DNA of 63,894 nucleotides, filler included, from Squatina squatina (taxonomy: Eukaryota): the NCBI GenBank assembly GCA_031763465.1. It is 4 parts of 4 records of this genome, joined end to end, with 100 filler letters (N's around TTAATTAATTAA, not from the genome) between each part and the next. Parts side by side here need not be neighbours in the genome. Positions count along the whole stretch, not along the records: positions 1 to 19,455 come from JARFOE010000036.1; positions 19,556 to 34,528 come from JARFOE010000168.1; 2 more parts are not named here. One strand, given 5' to 3'. The notes below the pieces were generated by a model that saw only the letters and a program-made list of their open reading frames with translations, did no database searches and was not told the DNA's origin. The translations under genes were made by a program, and so were the position numbers. Of this stretch, positions 10,101-23,088 are shown piece by piece (the first letter of the stretch is position 1; each line of letters starts with the position of its first letter).

Positions 10101-12814
10101 CTTGAATCGCTGCAGTGCCCAAGATGACACTGACCTCAGCCGGGTACGCCTGCACCAGAAGTGGCCTCCACCCGGGGAACTGCGCTCACCTTCCCTGCCT
10201 TGCGTTCTTGGGAGGACCGGAGGCCAGCAAGTCAAACAAGCAATGCAAACCTGCTCTGGTGCACAATCAAGAGAATGGTCATACAAAAGCGAAATACTGC
10301 GGATGCTGGAATCTAGAATACAAACAAAAATTGCTGGAAAAACAAGAATGGTCATGTTGGGACAGTAGCGGCCAGGGACGGAGCTCAGGAACCTCGACCC
10401 GGCTCCAACTTACCATTGAAAAGCTTTCAGAGGCTCCAGCACAGTTAAGGATTTGTAAGAGTTGATGTAGAATATTGCCAACATCGGATCTGTNNNNNNN
10501 NNNGCATCAAAAGATCAATCAGACTTATAAAAAATGCTGAGTAAACGTCAGCTGCACGGGCTGGAACTGTACCGGCAACACCCAGCCTGGCAGAGGGACC
10601 ATGAAATGGAAGCATCCGCTCAATTAGCCACAGAAATCTAACTTAGATGTAAAAGGAAGCTCTCTGCGGCTCCACCCTCATGTGTTGCAAGGTAGAAAGT
10701 TGCTCAACGAGTGCCATGAATGTTGTACATTTATACTGAGTATCTCTCAGCGCCAGAAACTCTCAACCTTTCCGTCCTCCAACATGACATTCTTTGCTCC
10801 AATCTGGCTGGACTGTGGCAGCTCTGCAGTCGAACCTTGTCCACTTGAGAGCTTGGACCCCTGAATAAAGCTTGACTCACCACGTGAAAGACCAGAAGAC
10901 GTTAATGCAAACTTAGCTACACAGAATTACACCAAAACAGGGCAACAAGGCCCTGGGAAGACTGTAACTGAAGCAGGCCCCAAATCGCTTAAAATTTAAG
11001 GCAACTGCAAGTATCAAACATTTCTGGTAACTGCAAAGTCACACTGGTGCATTGTACGAGCGAGGAAATACGCGTTGAATGTATTTAGGCGGAGATTTAG
11101 AACAAATCCCATAGTGTGATCCTGTTATCCTGCTGGCAATGCCACTTGGAAGGCTATATTGACATAAATCATAGAATCATAACAGTACAGTAGGAGACCA
11201 TTCTGCCCGTCGATCCTGTGTCGGCTCTCTGCAAGAACAATTCAGCTAGCCACAATAAGCACCAAGTGTCTTCCCACTGGGTTACTCAACCTGTCATCTT
11301 GGGCCAGATGGGCTTGAAGAAGCTTCAGTTACATTCTGTTCTGGATAATCCAAAACACATCCGAAGCCAACAAACTGTCCCTCTTTACAGCTGGTTAATT
11401 CAAGCAGCATCTTATGGCTCAGGGGCAGATGGTGTCATTTGTATTTCTTCTCAGATTGCACCAAGCTCCTGATGGCGGTAGAGAAATAGTCATAGGCTGG
11501 AGCTTCAGCAGCAGACATGAAAGGAGTGGAGGATTTACTGGTAATAAGGAAATACTCAGAGATGCCTTGTCACATTACTGTAATACTGATGTAGATTTTT
11601 TGTACCTGATATTTCTTTTTATCCGAATGTTTCTGCAGTTTTCTCCACTGAAGGTGCCGGCTCTTTGATAGTTTGGTTCCATGGGTGCTGGGTGTCCTCC
11701 AGTACCTCATCCCCGTCTTCATTCTTCCTAATGAGTATCGACAGGCAATTTGATGGCGGGAGGCATTACAGTCAAGCCTTACCCTGTCCTCACCCAATGC
11801 CCACACGTATGCACTTTTCAGCAGGGGTCACTGGTTAGCAATCAGGCTGCCCATGTTTCCCCTGTGGCCAATTGTGGCCCCCCCCCCCCAAAACTCCCCC
11901 CCCCCCCNNNNNNNNNNTTCCCCATAGATCAGCACAGGCCAGCAATTGCTGGAGTCTCTCCTGTGAGGTGAAGACACACAGAGTACAGGTGTTTTTTGCT
12001 AATACCATGTGTGGTCTGTGATTGGCTGACTCACTTTCCGACTCTCGGCATGCTGCAGAAGACACACAATACTCACAGCGGCACTATATCATAGAGTCAG
12101 CTTTTATTGTAAGCCTACAAGACAGAATAAAGTGTTATATAATGTTGGGTCCTCTGAGGTTGTGTGTCCCTTGCCTGGACTGGCAGTACTTGAACTTCCC
12201 AGTCACATCTCATGGGACTAGCCAGGCCACTGAGTAGAGTTGATCCTTTCATATCACAGCATCTCACTTATTGTGTGGAAGGAGTCACTCCTTCATTAAT
12301 ATATTGGAGCATTTCACCCTGGCAAGGGGAGTGACAGAAGCAATTCAGCCGCATAACAGTAACTTCTACTTTGGCTCAGGATATGACACTGCCCAGGGAG
12401 GAATGAACGGTTCAGGTAATTCTAAAGCTGATTCTAAACAATTAAATATTCCCCTTCCCCCCAAGAAAATGATCCATTGAAAGTGATTGTGTAGCTATAA
12501 ACAGTATTTTAGCTGTGAGAATTATGGATAAGAATGTTTAATTTAAATGCTTGGCTCTGCAATTTTGAATAAAGTTTTATTGCTTAACAGCAATAGTGTG
12601 TTTATTATATACAGTACATTAACAGAGTAGGTAATAGGTATTGCAAAGCACTGCAAACAGTAGTATGGCACAGAATATCACCAAGGAGCTCCCTCTGCAA
12701 GTGGAGGTCAGCCAGTTCCTACAGACAGTAGAGGCGGCAGATGGGACAGCAGAGACCTAGTTCAATACACTGACATGTCCACCACTATAGAATATATTCC
12801 ATGGAATAGCTCTC

Positions 12815-13110
12815 TTGATGGCTTAGCAGGTCAATGCACCGTGCTGTGTTTAACTAAGATATACAGAACAGAAAGTCCCGGTCCAATCCTTCATCTCTGC
12901 TGAGTTAGCAGCTTTCATCTAGGATGAATAGTTAGCTTCAGTATCTTTGAGTGAGAAATGGGAAACAAATTAGGCTTCCTGCTCCCGATTGCTACCCAGC
13001 GACCCCCTACTGGAAATGTACATTGTGGATATTAGGTGAGTCGAGGATTGGACTTGAAATCGGCTGTAATGGCTTTATACTCAAATACCCTGCTGGCAAA
13101 CAATGTCCAT
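12815..13110 (+). mobile_element. Ancient SINE-like dispersed repeat (family not named)
   Basis: Shared motifs TGCTGAGTTAGC and TCCTGCTCC(T/C)GATTGCTA..CAG.GACCCC recur at ~16230-16400, 33850-33990, 49670-49850, 51650-51780 and 57715-57900. Confidence 0.55.
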
Positions 13111-14194
13111 GCTATTTTAGTCTCAGCTGATGTCCTCTATTTATTTGCCTTGTAACAGAAAATCTAGTTGTGCAATCTTATAACTGTTGCGCATCAGATG
13201 ACATTAAGTAACTATATATAAGTGGAACCCGTCATTTAAGCTCATCTGTTCTGAGAAAAGGTGGTCTCTCAAAATAAGTGGTCTCTTATCCAAAGGACAG
13301 CGCACAAAGTGAACCTGGAAATGAACTTTCAAAAATGAACACTATCCATATTGTAACTGGCAATCAAACACAATGCTATGGTAGTAACACGCCTGTTTAA
13401 AGCATAGGAGAAAGGGCAACTAAAAGAACAAATTAGCAAACCTTAAGTAAATGGGGTAGATTTTAACTTGCACTACTGATGGTAGTGGATCAGCTGCCTA
13501 TTATACTTCACCAACGTTCCTAATTTTGTTTGGGTGCCTGGCCTCTTTAAGGGGCTGCGTGGCCCATTCAAAAAAACAGCGCGCATACACAGTTATTATT
13601 ATTGAAAAGCCGACTGCGTGGGAGGTCCACAGCTCCACGTGGCTGCACGGCTTAAAGAAAACATTGCACCTCAACGGATTTTTCTTTCCGTTGACTTCAA
13701 TGGTACCCAGGGATTCATTCATTCTCAGGAAATCCAAGATACCTGCACTGCTCAGCCACAGCAATNNNNNNNNNNTTTTTTAAGTTTAGGATACATAACT
13801 GTTTGTGGCTGAGTAACACAAACATAGAAATTAATAACTTGACTGCTAACACTTGCAGAATTTGTTTTGTTATTTGGGTGTTCAGGACATTTGGCACAAA
13901 ATGCTTGGTCAACGGATGGAGCCCACTCATTGTTGTCTGCTGTAAGGCATGAGCCATTTTGAGGCTGAGGCATTTCCATACATCTGGTGAACCACGCACA
14001 CCAAACCGGCGTGCCGATGGAGCTCGACGGTTGGAGAGGGAATGAAATTGTCTGACTCCTGCACGGATGCTGCTGTCCGTGCAAGCCTGGAGACAATAGC
14101 GGGCAGGGCAATCCCAGGGAGGACACGCATGGACCAGCAGAAGGCCAAAGTATTGTTGTTTAGAACATTTCTGCTCCTCCTGACTCCATAATCA

Positions 14195-14945
14195 ACAACT
14201 TGTATTTATAGAATGCTATTAACGTAGTAAAACGTCCCAAGGCGCTTCACAGGAGTGTTCTAAGTCAAAAAAGTGACACCGAGCCACATAAGGAGAAACT
14301 AGGGCAGGTGATCAAAAGCTTGGTCAAAGAGGTAGGTTTTAAGGAGCATTGTAGAGCAGAAAAGAGAGACAGAGAATTTCAGAGCTTAGGGCCTCGGCAA
14401 CAGAAGGCACAGCCACCAAGGGCTGAGCGATTAAAATCAGGGATGCTCAAGAGGGCAGAATTTCAGAAGCACAGATATCTCGGGGGCTGAAGGAGATTAC
14501 AGAGATAGGGAGGGACGAGGCCACGGAGGGATTTGAAAACAAGAAAGGGAATTTTGAAATCGAGGCGTGGCTTAACCAGGAGCCAATGTAGGTCAGTGAG
14601 CACAGGGGTGATGGGTGAATGGAACGGAGCGAGTTAAGACACGGGCAGCCGAGTTTTGATGACCTCAAGTTTACGTAGGGTAGAATGTGTGAGGCCTGTC
14701 AGGAGTGCATTGGAATAGTCAAGTTTAGAAGTAACAAAGACTTGGATGAACAGCGGCAGGGGCGGAGACAGGCAATGTTACGGAGGTGGAAATAGGAAGT
14801 CTTAGTAATGCCACGGATATGTGGTCAGAAGCTCATTTCAGAATCAAATGTGACAACAAGGTTGCAAACAGTGTGGTTCAGCCTTAGGCCGAAGCGAGGG
14901 AGAGGGATAGAGTCGATGGCTAGGCAACGGAGTTTGTGGCGGGGC
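14195..14945 (-). mobile_element. LINE (L2-like) 3' portion
   Basis: Reverse complement of the 3' body seen at 3690-4025, extending into ORF2-like sequence. Confidence 0.6.
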
Positions 14946-17249
14946 CTAAAGAAAATAGTTTAGGGCCATTTTTCAAGAAGCCTCTAGTGATCCCGTTAAG
15001 AACTGCTGCTTAGGCTGCTCAATGCTGTTACAAATGGGTGGAACATGCATGACACATGGTCTGCCCATTTATACCTCAAAATTGCAATCAGTTTTCTATG
15101 CACGTCATGGGACCCCAATTTGCATGCTAAAAGTGGTCTCCCACCTGAAGCAAGCAGGCGCTCCGGCCTCCTATCTAAAAGCAAGATAGCAGCAGCCAAG
15201 GCTTCAGCGTAAACATGGCAACAAATGATCCAATACCACCTATAGGCCGCTACTAACCATTTAAACCAGGGTTCAGGGATAAAATAAGTACACTTGGGTG
15301 CTGGCAAGATTACTGTGGAACAGACCATTCAAATTCATAAGCCCAATTTCTGATGGCTGAACACCCGCCTGGTCTCTGCAGTATAGTACAGTAATGGTTT
15401 CCGGAATTCTAGCGGTTTACAGCATCCTGCATAATTTGATCATTACTAAAGATTTTTACCTTCCAAGCACAGATGGCGAAGAAAAGACTCATCTCCTTCT
15501 CAAAAGAAGGTAGNNNNNNNNNNNNNNNNNNNNNNNNNNNNNNNNNNNNNNNNNNNNNNNNNNNNNNNNNNNNNNNNNNNNNNNNNNNNNNNNNNNNNNN
15601 NNNNNNNNNNNNNAATTCATCTTTGTCCACTAATATGCAGTATCATTATGCAAGTACCAGGTCTTGCTACCAGCTATATCTCAAATGCAGCTCCATATTT
15701 TGAAATGCTCATGCAATAACAAGAGCACCAATAGTAAACAGCAGGACTGTCAGGAACTTAAAGTGCCCAGAGATTTACTATCAAATAAACTTAATGATAT
15801 TTGGGTTCTGTCTGTTCAAAAATAAGAGCGTGCATTTGCCTCCAAATGTTTCCGGATTTACAACAGCAGGCAAACTACTAAACCAGACACAGGGTGGGCA
15901 CCTCTTCATATTCTCGCCAGTCTTTGAGCAGATACGGTGGTGACTGGAGAAGACAATTTTAAAAATATTGGCGTGTCTGTTTCAGCTTTAAAGTTGGGGG
16001 ATTGACATCACCAGTGGGATAGCTTTGTTCTGCATCAAAGACATTTACCCTGCCAACAAAAGGTAACCATCCGCTTAGATTCTTATTGCCTTAAGTCAAA
16101 TATAATTTAAAAAGCCACAGCAGTACATAACCAAGCAGTAATTAAACTAATATGTGACCCATCTTAAGTGAACATTGCTGCAGTGCAGTAAATCCCTCCC
16201 AAATCCCCTCCCAGTGTGTTAATGCTTCCTGTGGTGTGGCACTGAGCCACACAGACCAGGATGGTCCATACTGAATCCTTGTCTGTACTGAGTTAGCTAA
16301 TCTCAGCTGAGCAACATTAGTCTCCACGCCCTGAGCTAAGAAGAGGGAAAGTCAATCAGGATTGTCGCTTCTGATCATTAGAGATTGATCCATGCTCTTA
16401 TTATCCAATAGCCATTGAAGTATGGCCATTTTGGTGGATAACCAGAGAGTTGCAAACACCCATTCAATTTTACCCAGTGTGAGACACTGTCTTCCTGATA
16501 GGGAGGAGTAAGGGAAGAATGAAAATAAAGAAATCACATGGGATGATGTAGATCAGTGACCTACTCTGTAGGCCTGTATGAGCCTGAGGTTCTAAGGAAT
16601 TTACCATTAGGGGAATCATGGCATGTGCTGCCGGACTGTCCACTGAGCGTTTTCAGACAGGATGAGTTCTAGACATCTCCTAAAACTACTCTCAGACTGT
16701 GCTGCCTTAGCTGCCCAGTGAAGGGTACGTTAATGCTGCAGAAAGCAGCATCTCTGCTAAACCACCAGGTTGTGTAATGTTCACTTGATTCATTTCTTTA
16801 ATGTCAGTTTGAAATTAAACTTAAAGTGGAAGATAGCAGAAACAGTATGGGCAAATATTTTTTAAAAGGGAGGACGACTTTCTTTCGTGTGACTNNNNNN
16901 NNNNNNNNNNNNNNNNNNNNNNNNNNNNNNNNNNNNNNNNNNNNNNNNNNNNNNNNNNNNNNNNNNNNNNNNNNNNNNNNNNNNNNNNNNNNNNCAGACT
17001 GCATCCCCAACTCAGCTCGGCCTTCCTGTTCAGGTGAGGAGGGCATATCTGGAAGACACAATGGCATAGAAGGCACAGAAAAGTAAGGGCCGAAGGCAGG
17101 CCAAAGGCCTGAGCATTCCAGAGTAGCATAGCAAAGGTGATCTTATTGAATGGCGGAGCACACTCGAAGGGCCATACGGCCTACTCCTGTTCCTATTTCT
17201 TATGTTCTTATAGTAAGTAATGTAGACGGGAGTATAAAATTACAAAGAG

Positions 17250-17509
17250 ACTAGATTAAGTGACTGAGTAAAACTATAGTACATGGATTTCAACACAGCT
17301 AAGTGTCCGGTCATCCATTTTGGACCAAAAAAGGTTAGGTCCGAGAAATTTTTAAATGGTGAAAGGTTAGGAGCAATGGAGGTCCAAAAGGATTTAGAGA
17401 TTCATGTACACAGATCACTAAAATGTAGTGGTCATGTACAAAAAAAAATCAAAAATTTTAATGGTATGTTAGCCTTTATAACTAGAGGGCTAGAATATAA
17501 AGGGGAGGA
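17250..17509 (+). mobile_element. CR1-type LINE ORF2 fragment
   Basis: MDFNTAKCPVIHFG..FLNGERL..QKDLEIHVHRSLK..NGMLAFITRGLEYK. Confidence 0.85.
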
Positions 17510-18289
17510 NNNNNNNNNNNNNNNNNNNNNNNNNNNNNNNNNNNNNNNNNNNNNNNNNNNNNNNNNNNNNNNNNNNNNNNNNNNNNNNNNNNNNNNNNNN
17601 NNNNNNNNNTGGGCACTGGAGCCAGGTGGTGGGGGTGACACTGCAGTGATGGCCTCGGTGATCCGGTTCCACATTGTTCTTTCTGGAGGGCCTTCTGGCC
17701 CCTGTGGGTAGAGGGCCTCTGTTGCAGTGTTGACTCCCCTGCACAAAGCTGGAAGGCTGCTTATGATACCCTGGGAGCCCCTTCCCTGGCTTGCTAAGCC
17801 ATTTGCGTTAGCGCTGAGGCATTTTTCCCATTTTTTGAGGCGTGGAAGGGAATTCAGCTTTAAGAGCTGAAGACTCACATTTGGGATTTTTTTTAACCAA
17901 ATGTTTTTTTTAAGGCAGTAGAGCTGTAAGGACTGAACACTGCATTTTTTTTTACTTCATTTTTATTATCAGTTCAGAAGGTATTGCCTTTTAAAGCAAT
18001 CGACAAATCATTGCCCTTTTACTATCCCACAATGCCCAGCGAAATCATAGCCTTGCTTCCAGAGGCTGTCGGAAGATGCAACGCCACTTCTGGACGTCAC
18101 ATTTGGGAGTGATGGCGGGACGAGCGTCACCAGGAGGCCATTACACAGTCCGTTTAGCGTTGGGCTAATAATCTTCAGTCCCCAGCGCCAATTTTTCACC
18201 TCTACTGACACCACCATTTCCGGCGGCCATTATACTGCGGCCGCCGTGACACTGGCAACTTTCGTGTCGCAGTTGAATTTCTAGGCCAT

Positions 18290-18640
18290 AGGAACAGGGG
18301 TGGGCCATTCAGTCCCTCGTGTCCATTCCTCTATTCAATTAGACCATGGCCGATCTGTACCTCAACCCCCATTTACCCACCTTAGCTCCATATCCCTTGA
18401 TACCTTTACCCAACAAATGTATTGATTTCAGTCATTAAAGCTCCAGTTGTCACAGCATACAGAGCCTTTTGGAGAAGAGAATTCCAGATTTCCACTACCC
18501 TATTGTGTGGAAAAAGTGCTTCTGGATTTCTCTTCTAAATGGGCTAACTCTAATTTTAAGATTAGGTCCCCTGGTTCTTGCGCCACCAGAGGAAATAGTT
18601 TTTTCAGTATCTACCCTATCGCACACCTTTCTCATTTTAA
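18290..18640 (-). mobile_element. CR1-type LINE 3' end fragment
   Basis: GAGAATTCCAGATTTCCACTACCCT..GTGTGGAAAAAGTGCTT is the antisense of 'HFF..RVVEIWNSL'; CR1-like 3'UTR follows. Confidence 0.65.
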
Positions 18641-19084
18641 ATGCCGAGCTAAGAATTTGAAAAGAAAATCATAACTACTCATTCATTCAGACATTCATTC
18701 ATTTAATTGCTTTTTCTGTAGGGTGACCAGATCTTAAGCTTGCCAAACCTGGACAATCAGTCTGTGCATGCGCAGTCAGGTCTCCGTCGGGNNNNNNNNN
18801 NNNNNNNNNNNNNNNNNNNNNNNNNNNNNNNNNNNNNNNNNNNNNNNNNNNNNNNNNNNNNNNNNNNNNNNNNNNNNNNNNNNNNNNNNNNCATCCTCGA
18901 AGTGACCTTTCGCTGTTGGATTTCCACTTACCAGAATTTTCCTGTTAATTCAACGTTATTTTTCTCCTCTCTCTTTCAAAAACAAATAATTTTTTGTGCA
19001 GATTCATTTGCAATTCAGCACTGAAGTGGATGGAGAGGCACTGGAGAAGGTGCAAAATAGATTGACAAGGATAGTACCAGAACT

Positions 19085-19455
19085 GAGAGGCGGCTTAGGT
19101 ACAGAATAAAGATCTCTCTGCACTCTCCCAGGGCAGGTACAGGAAGGGTTAGGAACAGTACAGAGCTCTCTCTACACTGCCCCATCAAACTTTCACAGGG
19201 CAGGTACAGCATGGGTTAAATACAGAGTAAAGATCCCTCCACACTATCCCATCGAACACTCCCAGGGCAGTTGTAGCACGGGTTATATACCGAGTAAAGC
19301 TTCCGAAATACTGACCTATCAAACACTCCCAGGGCAGGTACAGCACAAGTTAGATACAGAGTAGAACTACCTTTACACTGGCTCCGCACAAGCTCCCAGG
19401 ACAAGTACAACAAGGGTCAGATACAGAGTATAGCTTCCTCTACACTGTACCATCA
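19085..19455. repeat. Minisatellite, ~67-bp unit, ~5.5 copies, at scaffold end
   Basis: CTCCCAGGGCAGGTACAGCA..GTTAGATACAGAGTAAAGCTCCCTCTACACTG repeated at ~67-bp spacing. Confidence 0.85.
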
Positions 19456-19555
19456 NNNNNNNNNNNNNNNNNNNNNNNNNNNNNNNNNNNNNNNNNNNNT
19501 TAATTAATTAANNNNNNNNNNNNNNNNNNNNNNNNNNNNNNNNNNNNNNNNNNNN
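19456..19555. other. Artificial scaffold linker
   Basis: 44 N + TTAATTAATTAA (19500-19511) + 44 N; stop codons in all six frames. Confidence 0.95.
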
Positions 19556-22500
19556 AGCTGCAGTTTCGCCACAGAAAAATATAACAGAAACGCCAAACAT
19601 AGTTACAATATACAGCAGAAACTTGTTTAAATTAATAATACAAAGGAGGAGGGGGATGACTAATTTCAAAAAGTAGTTTAACATGCGAACGAGTACAATC
19701 GCCCAGGTAACTGTTATGCATGGACTGTAAGGAGGACGCAGGATAGCGTGTGTGTTTAAGGTATTGTGAAAGTCTCCAGCACCTTAGTTATGTACCGGGA
19801 TCCGGTGATGCCCGGAATGTATGGGGAATCGGTTGTGTGTGTTTTTTGTTTGTGTGTGTGTATGGATAGATGGACGTGTGTGCTGGTGCGCTCTATAGCC
19901 GTGGGAATCGGTAAGTCGATGCTGTGGGAACGAAGCGCTCTCTGCCCAGGTCTGTGCCTCTTAAAAGCTGCACATATTGTTTTCATCAAGCTCCCTCTCT
20001 TTTCTCGCTGGGAGGGAAACTGCATCGACCCCGACTCAGATGCAAGAAACGTCAACAATACACTGGGACAATGCACCTGCATTTCAACAAATTCAAATCT
20101 GCTCACAAGTCGCATGCAGCCAGTATCCGTTATTTAATTCGGGTCATTTACAGAGCGGGACCAAAATACTGTTTTTTTTTCGTTCCTACAATAAAAAATA
20201 TTGCACGAATTCTTAATTTTGTACTAATATGGTGGAAACGAGGGCAATTTTGAAAGAAAGTGTAGGGAAAATGGTTGGAAGGCCTTTGTAGATTGTGATG
20301 TCTGGTATTTATTCTCCCATCATCTAGCGACGGATTTATAAACNNNNNNNNNNNNNNNNNNNNNNNNNNNNNNNNNNNNNNNNNNNNNNNNNNNNNNNNN
20401 NNNNNNNNNNNNNNNNNNNNNNNNNNNNNNNNNNNNNNNNNNNNNNNNNNNNNNNNNNNNNNNNNNNNNNNNNNNNNNNNNNNNNNNNNNNNNNNNNNNN
20501 NNNNNNNNNNNNNNNNNNNNNNNNNNNNNNNNNNNNNNNNNNNNNNNNNNNNNNNNNNNNNNNNNNNNNNNNNNNNNNNNNNNNNNNNNNNNNNNNNNNN
20601 NNNNNNNNNNNNNNNNNNNNNNNNNNNNNNNNNNNNNNNNNNNNNNNNNNNNNNNNNNNNNNNNNNNNNNNNNNNNNNNNNNNNNNNNNNNNNNNNNNNN
20701 NNNNNNNNNNNNNNNNNNNNNNNNNNNNNNNNNNNNNNNNNNNNNNNNNNNNNNNNNNNNNNNNNNNNNNNNNNNNNNNNNNNNNNNNNNNNNNNNNNNN
20801 NNNNNNNNNNNNNNNNNNNNNNNNNNNNNNNNNNNNNNNNNNNNNNNNNNNNNNNNNNNNNNNNNNNNNNNNNNNNNNNNNNNNNNNNNNNNNNNNNNNN
20901 NNNNNNNNNNNNNNNNNNNNNNNNNNNNNNNNNNNNNNNNNNNNNNNNNNNNNNNNNNNNNNNNNNNNNNNNNNNNNNNNNNNNNNNNNNNNNNNNNNNN
21001 NNNNNNNNNNNNNNNNNNNNNNNNNNNNNNNNNNNNNNNNNNNNNNNNNNNNNNNNNNNNNNNNNNNNNNNNNNNNNNNNNNNNNNNNNNNNNNNNNNNN
21101 NNNNNNNNNNNNNNNNNNNNNNNNNNNNNNNNNNNNNNNNNNNNNNNNNNNNNNNNNNNNNNNNNNNNNNNNNCACAAGTGCTCTACACTGAGACTGTCT
21201 GGCCTTGACAGTGTTACTCTGGCTGGAAGAATTGCCGCGAGCTGCTGTTTACCTTTGCGGGACTGCACACAAACTCCTAAATAGAAAGCTGTGTCAACAT
21301 ATAGTATTTTAATGGGAAGAAGCCGCCTAACATTTAAAATGGGAATAATCAAATCGCACCCTTTCTCAAAACTTGCAACAGGCTGGGCACTGTGTGCATA
21401 AAAAAGTGTTGGGGAAAAATATTCTTTTTATGTGGAAATGTGTTGCAAAAATGTGTTTATGAACATGTACAAATCACGACCAACTGCAGATTGTCATACA
21501 AAAAACAGACCGGCCGAGTGTTAAATTAAATAAACGCGATTAAAATTATAAATCTATGAATTACAGGATGTGGCACAGGTTGAACAGAATTATCAGACCA
21601 AAGGCACAGCCGAGCCTGACCCTTCCCTGTTCTTAAGCACTTTATCCAATTTGTTGATGGGTAGTTAAGTGAGGTTTAGATGAAGTCGAGAATGTTTATT
21701 TCCCTTAAGACGGTAATGAGCACTTCTCATTGACAGAACAGTTGGAACCGACACAAAGAGAACTCCTTGTAAAACGATTATTAGCCAGTTTAATTCGTGT
21801 TTAACAAGGGGACAGAATTTTTTTTAAAAAGGCACGAGTGTTTCTTTTGATGATTAGAGTGACCTTGTTTCTTTCTAAAAGAAAACTTGTTTAAAATCTT
21901 TAATTTTGAAAAAAAATCCTCAATTGTGTGTGTAACGAAAAGGCGTTGTGTTTATATATGAATTGTGATTTCGTGTGCGTGTGTGTTGTGTAGAGGGGTA
22001 AAATAAATAAAGCTGGTAATATTGGGCCCTGTCAGGAACTGTGAGGGTGAGCGAGTTTATTAATTGTTTCCTGTAGGAGGCGAGAAAGAAAAGGAAACAA
22101 TTATGTNNNNNNNNNNNNNNNNNNNNNNNNNNNNNNNNNCTTTGTATTCGGTTACGAGGAACTGTTCGTTTATTAATAGTCGATCATAATTATTATGAGT
22201 TTTGCACTCCCTTTAGAACCACCATGTCGGTTGCTTCTATTGTACTCTCTCATCCACACACCCCCCTTACTGTTTTTTGATGAGATGAGGAATGATAAGT
22301 TGAGGGGCGGATTCATGCTTTGATTCCACCTCTCCGCTGGGTTTGCAAAATAAACTGCTTCAGTTGAAATCGCAAAGCATCGATTTAATTGATAGAATTA
22401 CACGCGAGATTAAATGCAATTCGTTTGTCAATTAACCTAATTCAGGTTTTCGTGTTGATAGTGTAAACAAGATGTTATTTACACAGAGGAGAGGGTGAGG

Positions 22501-23088
22501 GAAAAAAATGCAACTCCCAAACTTCATCTCGCCCCAAAGGTACCGGAGCTCGATCCTGTTTAATCTTTTCCCGGGTCATTTAAAAATAACTTTTAACTGT
22601 TATTTCCACTCAATATCCTCTTCCAACAATCTCTGTATTCAGTCTCAAGTATTGAGAAGTGTGTCACACAGCAGCAAGCGATTTAAAAAAAAGAGAACTG
22701 CAACTAATTTTCTAAAAATATTTTCGCGAGCTGACTGAAATTGGGCAAATGATGGGTTATGAATTATGACAGTTCTAACTTTTCTGTTAATAAAAAGGGA
22801 AATTGAAATACAGCATCATGGTTTGTTGGTGCTAATATTAAAACTGTTAACGAGTTTAACAATCCTTTAAAAATGTTTTTTTTTAATGTGTTTGATTAAA
22901 TAAACCGTAACTGGCCACTAAAGTCCGACCATTGGCAGCTGGAGGATGCTCTCGGGCCGGAGATGTTGCCTTCTATAGTGTAAGATCTGTTCAAACGTAG
23001 ACGGACAAAAACATTGCAGAAACTTTGCGGAGAGAGAAAAATGATGTGAAATTCGATTGTAATATCATTTTCATTATTCGGTACGTAG

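Noticed and set aside
9455-10465. Alternative-frame ORFs overlapping the S1PR5 CDS and 3'UTR
   Set aside because: Shadow frames of GC-rich coding sequence with no recognisable motifs; one runs into a repeat
19500-19511. TTAATTAATTAA as a homeodomain site or biological repeat
   Set aside because: Identical N44-flanked copies occur three times; it is a six-frame-stop linker
20148-21352. Long ORFs of 338-342 aa, and other X-rich ORFs in the track
   Set aside because: They are open only because they run through N gaps
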